Shown here: positions 56,581 through 64,000 of the stretch, piece after piece | How positions within the stretch are numbered: position 1 is the stretch's first letter | Layout: each line of letters starts with the position of its first letter | Source of the DNA: Actinomycetes bacterium | Lineage (GTDB): Bacteria > Actinomycetota > Actinomycetes > Actinomycetales > Cellulomonadaceae | NCBI GenBank assembly: GCA_023461115.1 | Contig: JAEWOA010000259.1 | Span: forward strand, 7,244-71,243 | Direction: 5' to 3' | Length of the DNA: 64,000 nucleotides | The notes under the pieces: generated by a model | What the model was told of the DNA's origin: nothing | Databases searched by the model: none | The model's input: only the letters and a program-made list of their open reading frames with translations | Program-made: the position numbers and the translations under genes

Positions 56581-57996
56581 TCAGCTCGCGCCGTCGATCG
56601 CGATCGCCAGCAGCGCGTGCAGGGCCGTGGTCACCGGCGCGTCGGTGGCCGCCGTCGTCGAGGCGCCGATCTCCACCGCCCACGTGCCGTACGCGACGCG
56701 GAGTGTGATCTGCTCGCGCTCGATGTCCCCGGGCGCGCCTCCCCGGGACACCGCGGCGTCGTCGCCGTCGCGCTGCATGTAGACCGCCCAGTTGGCGCCG
56801 CCCAAGGTCTCGGTGCTGGCCGCCGCGAGCGCCGTCAGGCGCGGGAGGACACCGGGCTTGGCCTGCGCGATCGCGGCGCTCGCGGACACCACCACGCGTT
56901 CGGCGGTCACGGCGGGGTCCGCGAGGACCGGGACGGTGGCCTTGCGGGCGCGCGCGCGGGCTCGCTTGGCCTTGTACTGCGCGACGTCGGCGTACCGGAA
57001 GAGGTTGCGCGCGGAGGTCGCGCCGGACAGGGCGGTGGTGGCCACGCCCCAGGAGATCGCGGCGCCGTGTGGGAGCGGGTAGTCGGCGATCGTCGTCGTC
57101 AGCACCTCGGCGACGGCCGCGCGACGGTGGCCCACCGTGACGAGGCAGAACTCGTCGCCGCCGATGCGGGCCGCGGTCGAGCCGGGGAGCCGGTCGGAGA
57201 CTCGTCGCAGCACGTCGGCGACGGTGCGGAGCAGGTCGTCGCCGGCCTCGTGGCCCAGGTGGTCGTTGACGCGCTTGAGGCCGTCGACGTCGCACATCAC
57301 GATGCAGACCTCGGACCCGGACTCGAGCGCGGACTCGGCGGCGGTGTCGACCGCGCGGCGGTTCGCCAGGCCGGTGAGCGGGTCGTCGGCGACGAGGTGC
57401 CGGACCTGCGCGTCGAGGTCGACGCGCGCGATCGCGCTGGCGGCGAGCGCGGCGAGCACCTCCGCGGCCGCGACGTCGTCGACGCCGAAGAGTCCTGCGC
57501 CAGGCGCGCGCACCGCGAACACCTGCCCCCACACGGCGCCGTTCACGACGATCGGCGAGGCCAACCCGGTGCCGTAGCCCGCGCGGCGGATGCTGCCGAT
57601 CTCGACCGCGTCGCCCGCGTCCGGGTCACCGGGCACGGTCGGGTTGCCCTCGACGTCGAACGCGTGGGCCACCCAGCTCTCGCGGTCGCGGATCAGGGCG
57701 CGCAGCCCGGGCCGTTCGTCGGCCCGGTAGGACCGCTGCAGCCGCTCGATCTGCTCGGCCTCGGGCAGCGGCGGCTCGATGACGACGATCCGGCACGTGT
57801 CCTGCTCGATGCGGCAGAACGCGACGCGGGTGGCCTCCAGCAGCTCGACAGCCATGAGCGAGACGGTTTCGCCGACTTCGTCGACAGTGCTGCACCGCTC
57901 GAGCCGGTGGGCGGCCACCGCGAAGCCGCGTACGCCGACGAGAGCGGCGGCGGCCCGACGCCCCGCGCGCGCTCCAGCCGTCGTGCGTCGCGTCAC
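56581..57996 (-). CDS. GAF-GGDEF diguanylate cyclase with an extra uncharacterised C-terminal region
   Basis: LTGLANRR...CIVMCDVDGLKRVNDHLGHEAGDDLL...ARIGGDEFCLV. The N-terminus is GAF-like. About 150 aa follow the GGDEF domain with no recognised family. Confidence 0.85.
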   Translation of the reverse strand: MTRRTTAGARAGRRAAAALVGVRGFAVAAHRLERCSTVDEVGETVSLMAVELLEATRVAFCRIEQDTCRIVVIEPPLPEAEQIERLQRSYRADERPGLRALIRDRESWVAHAFDVEGNPTVPGDPDAGDAVEIGSIRRAGYGTGLASPIVVNGAVWGQVFAVRAPGAGLFGVDDVAAAEVLAALAASAIARVDLDAQVRHLVADDPLTGLANRRAVDTAAESALESGSEVCIVMCDVDGLKRVNDHLGHEAGDDLLRTVADVLRRVSDRLPGSTAARIGGDEFCLVTVGHRRAAVAEVLTTTIADYPLPHGAAISWGVATTALSGATSARNLFRYADVAQYKAKRARARARKATVPVLADPAVTAERVVVSASAAIAQAKPGVLPRLTALAAASTETLGGANWAVYMQRDGDDAAVSRGGAPGDIEREQITLRVAYGTWAVEIGASTTAATDAPVTTALHALLAIAIDGAS

Positions 57997-58148
57997 GCGC
58001 CCATCATCGCCTCTTCTCGCCCGCCACGGGTACGACTCGGCCCGTCAGAACCGGCGAATCACCCACCTGCGCCTAGTCCGGCGGCAGGCGGGCGGCCGGT
58101 GGGGCCAAGTCCGCTGCTCAGGGCGTCAGGCGCGTGCGGCGCACGGCG

Positions 58149-58835
58149 TCACCCGCGCAGGTGCTCGGCGCCCAGCTCGGCGAACAGCCGCTGGTTCAGC
58201 CGGAAGGCGACCTGCGCCTCGGCGACGGTCTCGGCGCGCTGTTCCGCGGTCAGCGGCAGCGAGTCGAGCCGCTCGCGGTACACGTCCTTGAACGGCTTGA
58301 GCTTGTGGATCTCGGGGAAGTCGTAGAAGGCGACGCCCGCGTCCGCGAGCCCGTAGTGCCGCTGGACCATGCGCTTGACGACCTGGCCGCCCGAGAGGTC
58401 CCCGAGGTACCGGGTGTAGGCGTGCGCGGCGTACCGGCCGAGGTCGTCGCCGCACTCGACGAGGCGCGCGCTGTACTCGCGGGTCGCGGGCAGGAAACGG
58501 ACGCGGTCGCGCCAGTCGTCGCCGACGAGGTAGGCGAGGTCGCGCTCGATCGCGGGGACGCGGGTCAGCTCGTCGTAGACGAGGCCGCAGTCGGCGCCGG
58601 ACTCGCGCAGGCGGGCGCCGGCCTCCTCGAGCGCGGTGTAGATCGCGAGCTGCTGCACCGCGAGGTCGGTGTACGCGTCGCGGCCGAGGCGGCCGTCGAG
58701 GAGCTGCTCGATGAAGCCGGTGCGCTCGGCGCGCTCGTGCTCGGCGCGGGTGCCCTCGCGCAGCGCGAGCGACAGCGGCTGGTCCACGGGCCCGTCCTGC
58801 ACGGGCTCGGTGGTGGGGGTGGACGTCGCGGTCAC
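58149..58835 (-). CDS. hmuO: Heme oxygenase (HmuO-like)
   Basis: LREGTRAEHERAERTGF...AHAYTRYLGDLSGGQ are canonical HO-1 family motifs. AGGAG lies 5 nt before GTG 58835. Confidence 0.85.
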   Translation of the reverse strand: MTATSTPTTEPVQDGPVDQPLSLALREGTRAEHERAERTGFIEQLLDGRLGRDAYTDLAVQQLAIYTALEEAGARLRESGADCGLVYDELTRVPAIERDLAYLVGDDWRDRVRFLPATREYSARLVECGDDLGRYAAHAYTRYLGDLSGGQVVKRMVQRHYGLADAGVAFYDFPEIHKLKPFKDVYRERLDSLPLTAEQRAETVAEAQVAFRLNQRLFAELGAEHLRG

Positions 58836-58895
58836 GGTGCTCCTAGAGTCGCTGGCGCCTCGTCTTTGGTGACGAGATGTCAGCACCCTACGGCA

Positions 58896-58916
58896 TGTAG
58901 GTAAGCCTTGCCTACA
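58896..58916. promoter_or_regulatory. DtxR/IdeR-type iron box upstream of the heme oxygenase gene
   Basis: TGTAGGTAAGCCTTGCCTACA. The core matches TAGGTTAGCCTAACCTA at 14 of 17 positions and is a near-perfect palindrome. It lies 61-81 nt upstream of the hmuO start. Confidence 0.7.
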
Positions 58917-58919
58917 TCA

Positions 58920-61400
58920 TCACTCGGCCGGGCGTCGCCGCGCTCGGCGCCGCGAGACCACCACCGCGGCCACCACGCCACCGACGAGCACCACGACGAG
59001 CGCCCCCACGCCCAGCCACACACTCGTCGACGACGCCGCCGAGCCGGACTCGTCAGTCGTCGCGAGCGGAGCGCCCGCGGCGTCGTCCGCCCACGCCGCC
59101 ACCCACGTCAACGCCGAGTTCCAGTTCACCGTCATCTCGTTGGTGGACCAGGACTGGATGCGGTCCAGGTAGCAGAGCTGGGCGACGCAGCCCTGCGGCC
59201 ACGTCGCCTTGGCCACCGGGTCCTGGATGTCGCTGTTGGGCCCACCCGCGACCGTCCCCTTCGACGGGTGCGGCAGGTCCGGGTCCAGCTCGGCGGCCAT
59301 CCACCGGTGGTGCTGGTTCTGCGAGAACTGCGTGCCGTAGCCCGTGACGTAGGAGTTGTTGAGCGCGTTGCGGCCCAACAGGTAGTCCAGGCTCTCGAGC
59401 GCGCTCGAGCGGTACGCCTCGTCGCCCGTGAGGTCGTACGCGGTGGCGACGACCGCGACGTTGTTCAGGATGATCCCGTTGGAGCCCCACTCGTACAGCG
59501 CGTCGGACGGCTGGTACACCTGGCCGAAGAACGCCTGCCGCTGCCGGTCCACCTGGAAGTCCGCGAGCTCCTCGACCGCCGCCGCGGCCGCGGTCGTGAA
59601 CTCGTTGTCCACCCGCGCCAGGTCGATCGCGCCGAGCGCGGCGGTGCGCTGCCAGTCGAACGACACCCGGTTGAGGAGCGACTCGCCGTTCCACGGGCTG
59701 GCTTGCACGGCCGCCGCGAACGGCGCCTCCTTCGTCGTCAGGTACAGCTCGGCCGCCGCCCAGTACTCCTCGTCGGTGACGTCCTTGTCGTCGTACGGGC
59801 CGCCGCCGTCCACCCCGTCCTGCGGCAGCGCGAGCAGCACCGGGTTGGCGTGCGCGGCGTCCCAGGCGGTGCGCGCGGCGTCCAGCAGGCTCGCGGCGAA
59901 GCCCGCGTCGTACGGCTCCCACAGCCGCGCCCCCTTGGCGGCCACCGCGGCGAAGTTGTAGGTCGCGGCGGTCGACGGGCGGTGGACCTCGCGCTTCTTC
60001 GCGTCGTCGGCGGGCAGCAGCGGCAGGCCGGTCCACTCGTCGTCGTGGAGCTTGTGGAACACCATGCCCGCGTACTGCTGGCCCGCGGGCACCTGCATGC
60101 GGGCCATCCACTCCAGCTCCCAACGGGCCTCGTCGAGCACGTCAGGCACGCCATTGCCGGCCTCGGGGATCTGCGCCGAGCCGTCCTTGAGCGCGCCGGC
60201 CTCCGCCGCGGCGCGCGCGTCGTCGTCTGCGCCGCCCCGCGCCGACGCCCGCTCCCACACATCCAGCAGCTGGTGCACCGCGATCCCGCCGTTCACCACG
60301 TACTTGCCGTGGTCGCCCGCGTCGTACCAACCGCCGTGCACGTCGAACGTCGCGTCGCACGTCCACCCCTGGTAGTACAGCTGCGGCGCCTGGCAGCCGA
60401 CCTGCAGGTCGCCCTGGTTCGGGGCCACCTGAAGGTGTCCAGCGGCACGCGCGTACTGCAGGCCGGCGTGGGCCGCGTCGATCTCGATGCCGCTGCGGGC
60501 CAGGTAGAAGTAGTGCAGCGCGTCCTGCGTGAGCGGCCCGTACAAGTCCCCGCCTATCGCGAACGGGTAGCTCTCGGCGCCGTCGACGACGAGCGTGTAC
60601 CCCTCGCCGGGCTGCTCGACGTCCGTGAACGACACCGTGTGGACGGCGGCGCCCGCGGTGTCGTCGACCCCCCGCGGCACGGTCACGCCCGTGGCCACCT
60701 CGGCGCCCTGCGCGTCGCGCAACGTCCAGTCCAGCGGCTGCGCGGCGTCGGTGACGACGGTCGCGTTCTTGGGTCCGCGCGTCGTGTACCCGTACTGGTT
60801 CACGCGGACCGTCGGGCCCGTCTCCGCCTCGTACGGCGCCGGCGGCGCGCCGGTGTGCAGGCTCACGTCGTCGAGGCAGAACGTCCACGCCTCGTCGGCG
60901 CCGCCCACCTGGAACACCACCTGGCCCTTGGGCCAATCCATCGTGGAGGTGAAGCCCACGTCGTACGGCGTGAGCTCCGGGTTCATCACCGGGTTGATCT
61001 CGCTCGTCGCGTCCCACGGCGCCTGGTTCATCTGCACGAGCGCGCGGATCGGGGCCGGCGCGGTGCCGCTCGCCTTGAACGTGAACCGGTAGCTCTCGCC
61101 CTGCACCAGCGGCACGTCGTCGATCCCGACGATCGACGACCACGCGGACGGTGTGCCGCCCGGCACGTCGACGCACAGCGCGCCCGTCGAGCCGTCCGCC
61201 GTCAGGTCCGGCGTGGTCCACCACGGCGCGGTGGCGCCGTCGTCGAACGTGCCGTTCGGGATCAGCTCGGGGCCGTCGGCGGCGCTCGCGACGAGCGCGG
61301 GCACGGCGGCGAGCGGCACGACGAGGGCGGCGACCACACCCGCACGCGCGAGCGTGGCACGCAGGGCGGGGCGGCGCGACGACGACGAGGGCAGCAGCAC
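58920..61400 (-). CDS. CBM4 - Ig-like - GH9 cellulase with a C-terminal transmembrane anchor
   Basis: 826 aa. Signal peptide, then a CBM4_9-like module (ELIPNGTFDDG...WW...FCLDDVSL), an Ig-like CelD_N module and a GH9 core (HGGWYDAGDHGKYV...). The C-terminus is [33 protein letters not shown] with no LPXTG. AAGGAG RBS before GTG 61400. Confidence 0.9.
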   Translation of the reverse strand: MLLPSSSSRRPALRATLARAGVVAALVVPLAAVPALVASAADGPELIPNGTFDDGATAPWWTTPDLTADGSTGALCVDVPGGTPSAWSSIVGIDDVPLVQGESYRFTFKASGTAPAPIRALVQMNQAPWDATSEINPVMNPELTPYDVGFTSTMDWPKGQVVFQVGGADEAWTFCLDDVSLHTGAPPAPYEAETGPTVRVNQYGYTTRGPKNATVVTDAAQPLDWTLRDAQGAEVATGVTVPRGVDDTAGAAVHTVSFTDVEQPGEGYTLVVDGAESYPFAIGGDLYGPLTQDALHYFYLARSGIEIDAAHAGLQYARAAGHLQVAPNQGDLQVGCQAPQLYYQGWTCDATFDVHGGWYDAGDHGKYVVNGGIAVHQLLDVWERASARGGADDDARAAAEAGALKDGSAQIPEAGNGVPDVLDEARWELEWMARMQVPAGQQYAGMVFHKLHDDEWTGLPLLPADDAKKREVHRPSTAATYNFAAVAAKGARLWEPYDAGFAASLLDAARTAWDAAHANPVLLALPQDGVDGGGPYDDKDVTDEEYWAAAELYLTTKEAPFAAAVQASPWNGESLLNRVSFDWQRTAALGAIDLARVDNEFTTAAAAAVEELADFQVDRQRQAFFGQVYQPSDALYEWGSNGIILNNVAVVATAYDLTGDEAYRSSALESLDYLLGRNALNNSYVTGYGTQFSQNQHHRWMAAELDPDLPHPSKGTVAGGPNSDIQDPVAKATWPQGCVAQLCYLDRIQSWSTNEMTVNWNSALTWVAAWADDAAGAPLATTDESGSAASSTSVWLGVGALVVVLVGGVVAAVVVSRRRARRRPAE

Positions 61401-61419
61401 AAGGACTCCTTCGGCCTGG

Positions 61420-61433
61420 CGGAAGCGCTCTCA
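61420..61433 (-). promoter_or_regulatory. CelR/CebR-like operator upstream of the GH9 gene
   Basis: The minus strand reads TGAGAGCGCTTCCG, matching TGGGAGCGCTCCCA at 11 of 14 positions. It lies 20-33 nt upstream of the start and abuts a TACCGT -10-like hexamer. Confidence 0.45.
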
Positions 61434-61538
61434 CGGTAGGGGATGCGCCGCCGCGCGGGGGGCCTGTTCCGCGGATCGGGCGCCGAATCGTGATCTGGCG
61501 TCACCCGGGAGGGGCACACCCCGCGCCGAGCGCGCGCG

Positions 61539-63602
61539 TCACCCCAGGATCGACGGGTAGCCGGGGGCGTCCGCGCCGGACCGGCCCAGCACGTGCTCGG
61601 CCAGGAACGCCTCCACCGTCTGATACCAGACCATCGCGTGCTGCGGCTGCAGCACCCAGTGGTTCTCGTCGGGGAAGTACAGGAACCGGTGCGGCGAGCG
61701 GCCCTCGTCGTCGGCGGGCAGCCCGGACCTCGACAACAGCTCGTACCAGAGCCGCAGGCCCTCGCCCACCGGCACGCGGTAGTCGCGGTCCCCGTGGATC
61801 ACCAGCATGGGCGTGGTGATCTGCTCGACGTGCAGGTGCGGCGAGTTGTCCCGCGCCATCTCGGCCGTCATCTCACGCTGCCAGTAGTACGCGCCATCGG
61901 TGGTGGGGCCGAACTGGTCCAACGCCCACAGGCTCGCGTGCGTCACGATCCCCCGGAACCGGTCCGTGTGGCCCGCCACCCAGTTGGCCATATAGCCGCC
62001 GAAGCTCCCGCCCATCGCCCCCGTCCGCGTCTCGTCGATGTCCACCCGCTGCTCCGCGGCATCGGTGATCGCCAGCAGGTCCGTGTACGGCGCGGCGCCC
62101 CACGCGCCCCAGCCCGCCTGGATGAAGTCCTGGCCGTAGCCCGTGGACAACGCCGGGTCCGGGAGCAGCACCGCATACCCGCGCGCGACCAGCAGCCACG
62201 GGTTCCACCGCCACGACCACGCGTTCCACGAGCCCAGCGGCCCGCCGTGGATCCACAGCAGCAGTGGGGCCGGCTCGTCCGGGCCCGCGGTGTCCGGGAG
62301 CGCGAGCCACGCCCGGATACGCCGCCCGTCCGAGGCCGTGGCCTCGACCTCCTCCAGCCGCCCCGGGACCTCGGGCGTCGGGGCGGGCGACGCGAGCGGC
62401 GTCGCCGGCACGGGCGCTCCGGCCGCCGGGTCCAGGCTCACCGGGTGCGCGGGCGCGGTGTACGACGAGCGCAGCGCGTACGCCCGCCGGCCGTCGGGGG
62501 CGATCTGGACGTCGCTGAACGCGGCGTCGTCGCTGGTCAGCCGAGTGACCTTGTCCTGCCCGTCGGCGGACAGGTCGATCCTGAACACCGGCGCGCGGCC
62601 CTCGTCGTCGGCCACGACGACCAGACCGCTCGAGTCTGGCAGCCACACCGGCGCATACGGCCAACGGTCCCAGTCGTCGGCGATCGTGCGCCACGCGCCG
62701 CCCGCGAGCGGCACGAGCCCGAGCCCCACCCGCGGCGACTCGAACGGCGAGCCGATCGTCTCGTAGCCGAACACCACCCACTGCCCGTCGGGGGACACCG
62801 TGGGGGCGCCGAAGTCGGCGTCGGCGGCGACGACGAGCACGCGCCGCTCGCCGGACGCGACGTCGATCGCGACGAGCTGCGTCCGCAGGTCCCCGCCCGC
62901 GTGCGCGACGGCCCAGCCGGACACCACCGTCCCCCCGTCCGGGCTGATCGCGGCGCCCTGCTCGACGAGCGCGAGCCGCGCGTCGGGCGTCAGGTCCTCG
63001 AGGGCCAGCCGCGTCCCGTCGGCGGCGGTGAGCGCGGCGAGGTCGGCCGTGAACAGGTGCGGCGCGTCGGGGCCGAGGTCGTGGTCCCAGTAGCGGACCG
63101 GATAGGAGTCGTGGAGGATCGCCGCGACCTTCTTGTCCTTGCGGTCCTTGCGGCGCTGCTCGTCGTCGGCGGCGTCCTTGGCGTTGCGCAGGACGTCGCC
63201 GGCGAGCAGGACTGTGTCCGCGCTCGTCGCCGGCTTGATCCCGCCGAGCCCGCCCGCGCGCGTGGCGATCACGCGGGCCTCGCCGCCGTCGCGCGGCAGC
63301 AGCCAGAGCGCCGCGGGCGCGTCGTCGTCGGCGTCCTTGGCGTCCGGGTCCGGGCGCGCGCTGGTGAACAGCAGGTCGCCGCCCCGGGTGAACGCGGCGC
63401 CCGACTCGCCCTTCGTCGACCTGGTCAGACGACGTGGCGCACGCTCACCCGCGGGGTCGAGCTCCCAGAGCGCGGTGACGTACTTGGTCTTCTTGTGGTT
63501 GAGCGTGCTCACGGCTGTGACCAGCCGGGTCCCGTCGGGCGACAGCTTCAGCCCCGACACCCGCGCGAGCCCGACGTACTCCTCGAGATCCCCGATCCGC
63601 AT
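61539..63602 (-). CDS. S9 family serine peptidase (prolyl oligopeptidase / acylaminoacyl peptidase-like)
   Basis: 687 aa. N-terminal beta-propeller region and a C-terminal alpha/beta hydrolase with GGSFGGYM nucleophile, GDRDYRVP and ENHW catalytic motifs. Confidence 0.9.
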   Translation of the reverse strand: MRIGDLEEYVGLARVSGLKLSPDGTRLVTAVSTLNHKKTKYVTALWELDPAGERAPRRLTRSTKGESGAAFTRGGDLLFTSARPDPDAKDADDDAPAALWLLPRDGGEARVIATRAGGLGGIKPATSADTVLLAGDVLRNAKDAADDEQRRKDRKDKKVAAILHDSYPVRYWDHDLGPDAPHLFTADLAALTAADGTRLALEDLTPDARLALVEQGAAISPDGGTVVSGWAVAHAGGDLRTQLVAIDVASGERRVLVVAADADFGAPTVSPDGQWVVFGYETIGSPFESPRVGLGLVPLAGGAWRTIADDWDRWPYAPVWLPDSSGLVVVADDEGRAPVFRIDLSADGQDKVTRLTSDDAAFSDVQIAPDGRRAYALRSSYTAPAHPVSLDPAAGAPVPATPLASPAPTPEVPGRLEEVEATASDGRRIRAWLALPDTAGPDEPAPLLLWIHGGPLGSWNAWSWRWNPWLLVARGYAVLLPDPALSTGYGQDFIQAGWGAWGAAPYTDLLAITDAAEQRVDIDETRTGAMGGSFGGYMANWVAGHTDRFRGIVTHASLWALDQFGPTTDGAYYWQREMTAEMARDNSPHLHVEQITTPMLVIHGDRDYRVPVGEGLRLWYELLSRSGLPADDEGRSPHRFLYFPDENHWVLQPQHAMVWYQTVEAFLAEHVLGRSGADAPGYPSILG

Positions 63603-63654
63603 CCCGCATACCTACCACCTCCGTCCCCCAAGGACGCGCTGATCCCCGCCCGGG

Positions 63655-63777
63655 CAACCACCCACCACCCCCGCGAGTTCGTCGGAGAACGGCGAGTTCG
63701 TTGGAGATCTCCGACGAACTCGGCGTTCTCCGACGAACTCGGCGATGAGGGGTGGGGTGGGGGTGGGGTGGGTGGGG
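63655..63777. repeat. Composite C-tract / nested inverted repeat / G-tract element (second copy with X = GAGTTCGTCGGAGA)
   Basis: CAACCACCCACCACCCCCGC-GAGTTCGTCGGAGA-acggc-GAGTTCGTTGGAGA|TCTCCGACGAACTC-ggcgt-TCTCCGACGAACTC-ggcgatga-GGGGTGGGGTGGGGGTGGGGTGGGTGGGG. Confidence 0.9.
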
Positions 63778-63781
63778 AGAG

Positions 63782-64000
63782 CTAGTCCGTGCGGGGGAGG
63801 TTGGCGAGCATCTGGTTGTAGGCGTCGAGTTCCTCGTCTTCTGTTGCTGTGCGGCGGTCACGTTGGCGGGCCCTGCGCTCGTCGTCGCGAGTCCACGCCA
63901 CCACCACGCCGATCGCGAGGGCCAGGGTCGGCAACTCGCCGATGCCCCACGTCACCCCGCCACCGACCTGCTGGTCGACCAACGCCGAGGCGCCCCACGG
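63782..64000 (-). CDS. C-terminal part of a cytochrome c oxidase assembly (CtaG/Caa3_CtaG-like) membrane protein, truncated by the window edge
   Basis: DQQVGGGVTWGIGELPTLALAIGVVVAW followed by a charged tail. The reading frame stays open to position 64000. Confidence 0.5.
   Translation of the reverse strand, partial: PWGASALVDQQVGGGVTWGIGELPTLALAIGVVVAWTRDDERRARQRDRRTATEDEELDAYNQMLANLPRTD

Overview
This is a very GC-rich actinobacterial chromosome segment (GC judged by eye, not computed). It is most likely Cellulomonas-like: the GH94 cellobiose phosphorylase at 29119-31587 looks nearly identical, from memory, to the Cellulomonas uda/gilvus enzymes.

I support about 50 CDS, one tRNA-Gly(CCC) and one TPP riboswitch. 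Several operator-like palindromes are also visible: two CelR/CebR-type boxes, a DtxR/IdeR iron box, a TetR-type palindrome and an mntH palindrome.

Gene content is mostly housekeeping or accessory metabolism:
- a UvrA paralogue, an MFS exporter, and a YCII plus ECF-type sigma pair
- MntH, and ThiBPQ-like thiamine uptake
- a six-gene Mrp antiporter operon
- a membrane Fe-S (HdrD/Rv0338c-like) protein and Dcd
- cellobiose phosphorylase with an aldose epimerase, and a CBM4-GH9 cellulase
- a 2884-aa LPVTG-anchored DUF11 adhesin
- an ALDH-DUF779-Nfo-GAF regulator block
- TetR with a methyltransferase, PlsC with a patatin, an NHL-thioredoxin, a GAF-GGDEF protein, heme oxygenase and an S9 peptidase

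I see no rRNA, CRISPR array, transposase, integrase, prophage, recognisable defence system or biosynthetic cluster. Most long overlapping ORFs in the six-frame track are high-GC artefacts.

The most interesting signal is non-coding. At least seven intergenic regions carry long composite imperfect palindromes with one shared architecture: a C-tract (CCCCACCCC-like), then direct copies of a locus-specific 12-19-nt motif X, a loop, inverted copies of X, then a G-tract (GGGGTGGGG-like, often G-quadruplex grade).
- Two copies about 48 kb apart use the same X (GAGTTCGTCGGAGA).
- Two related copies bracket a DUF559/AbiEi-like gene as 39-nt direct repeats.
- Two copies sit between divergent genes, so simple termination does not explain them.

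Secondary observations are short tandem duplications of stop-codon-proximal sequence, and a pair of paralogous uncharacterised proteins, one translationally coupled to dcd. All functional interpretation of these elements is inference.
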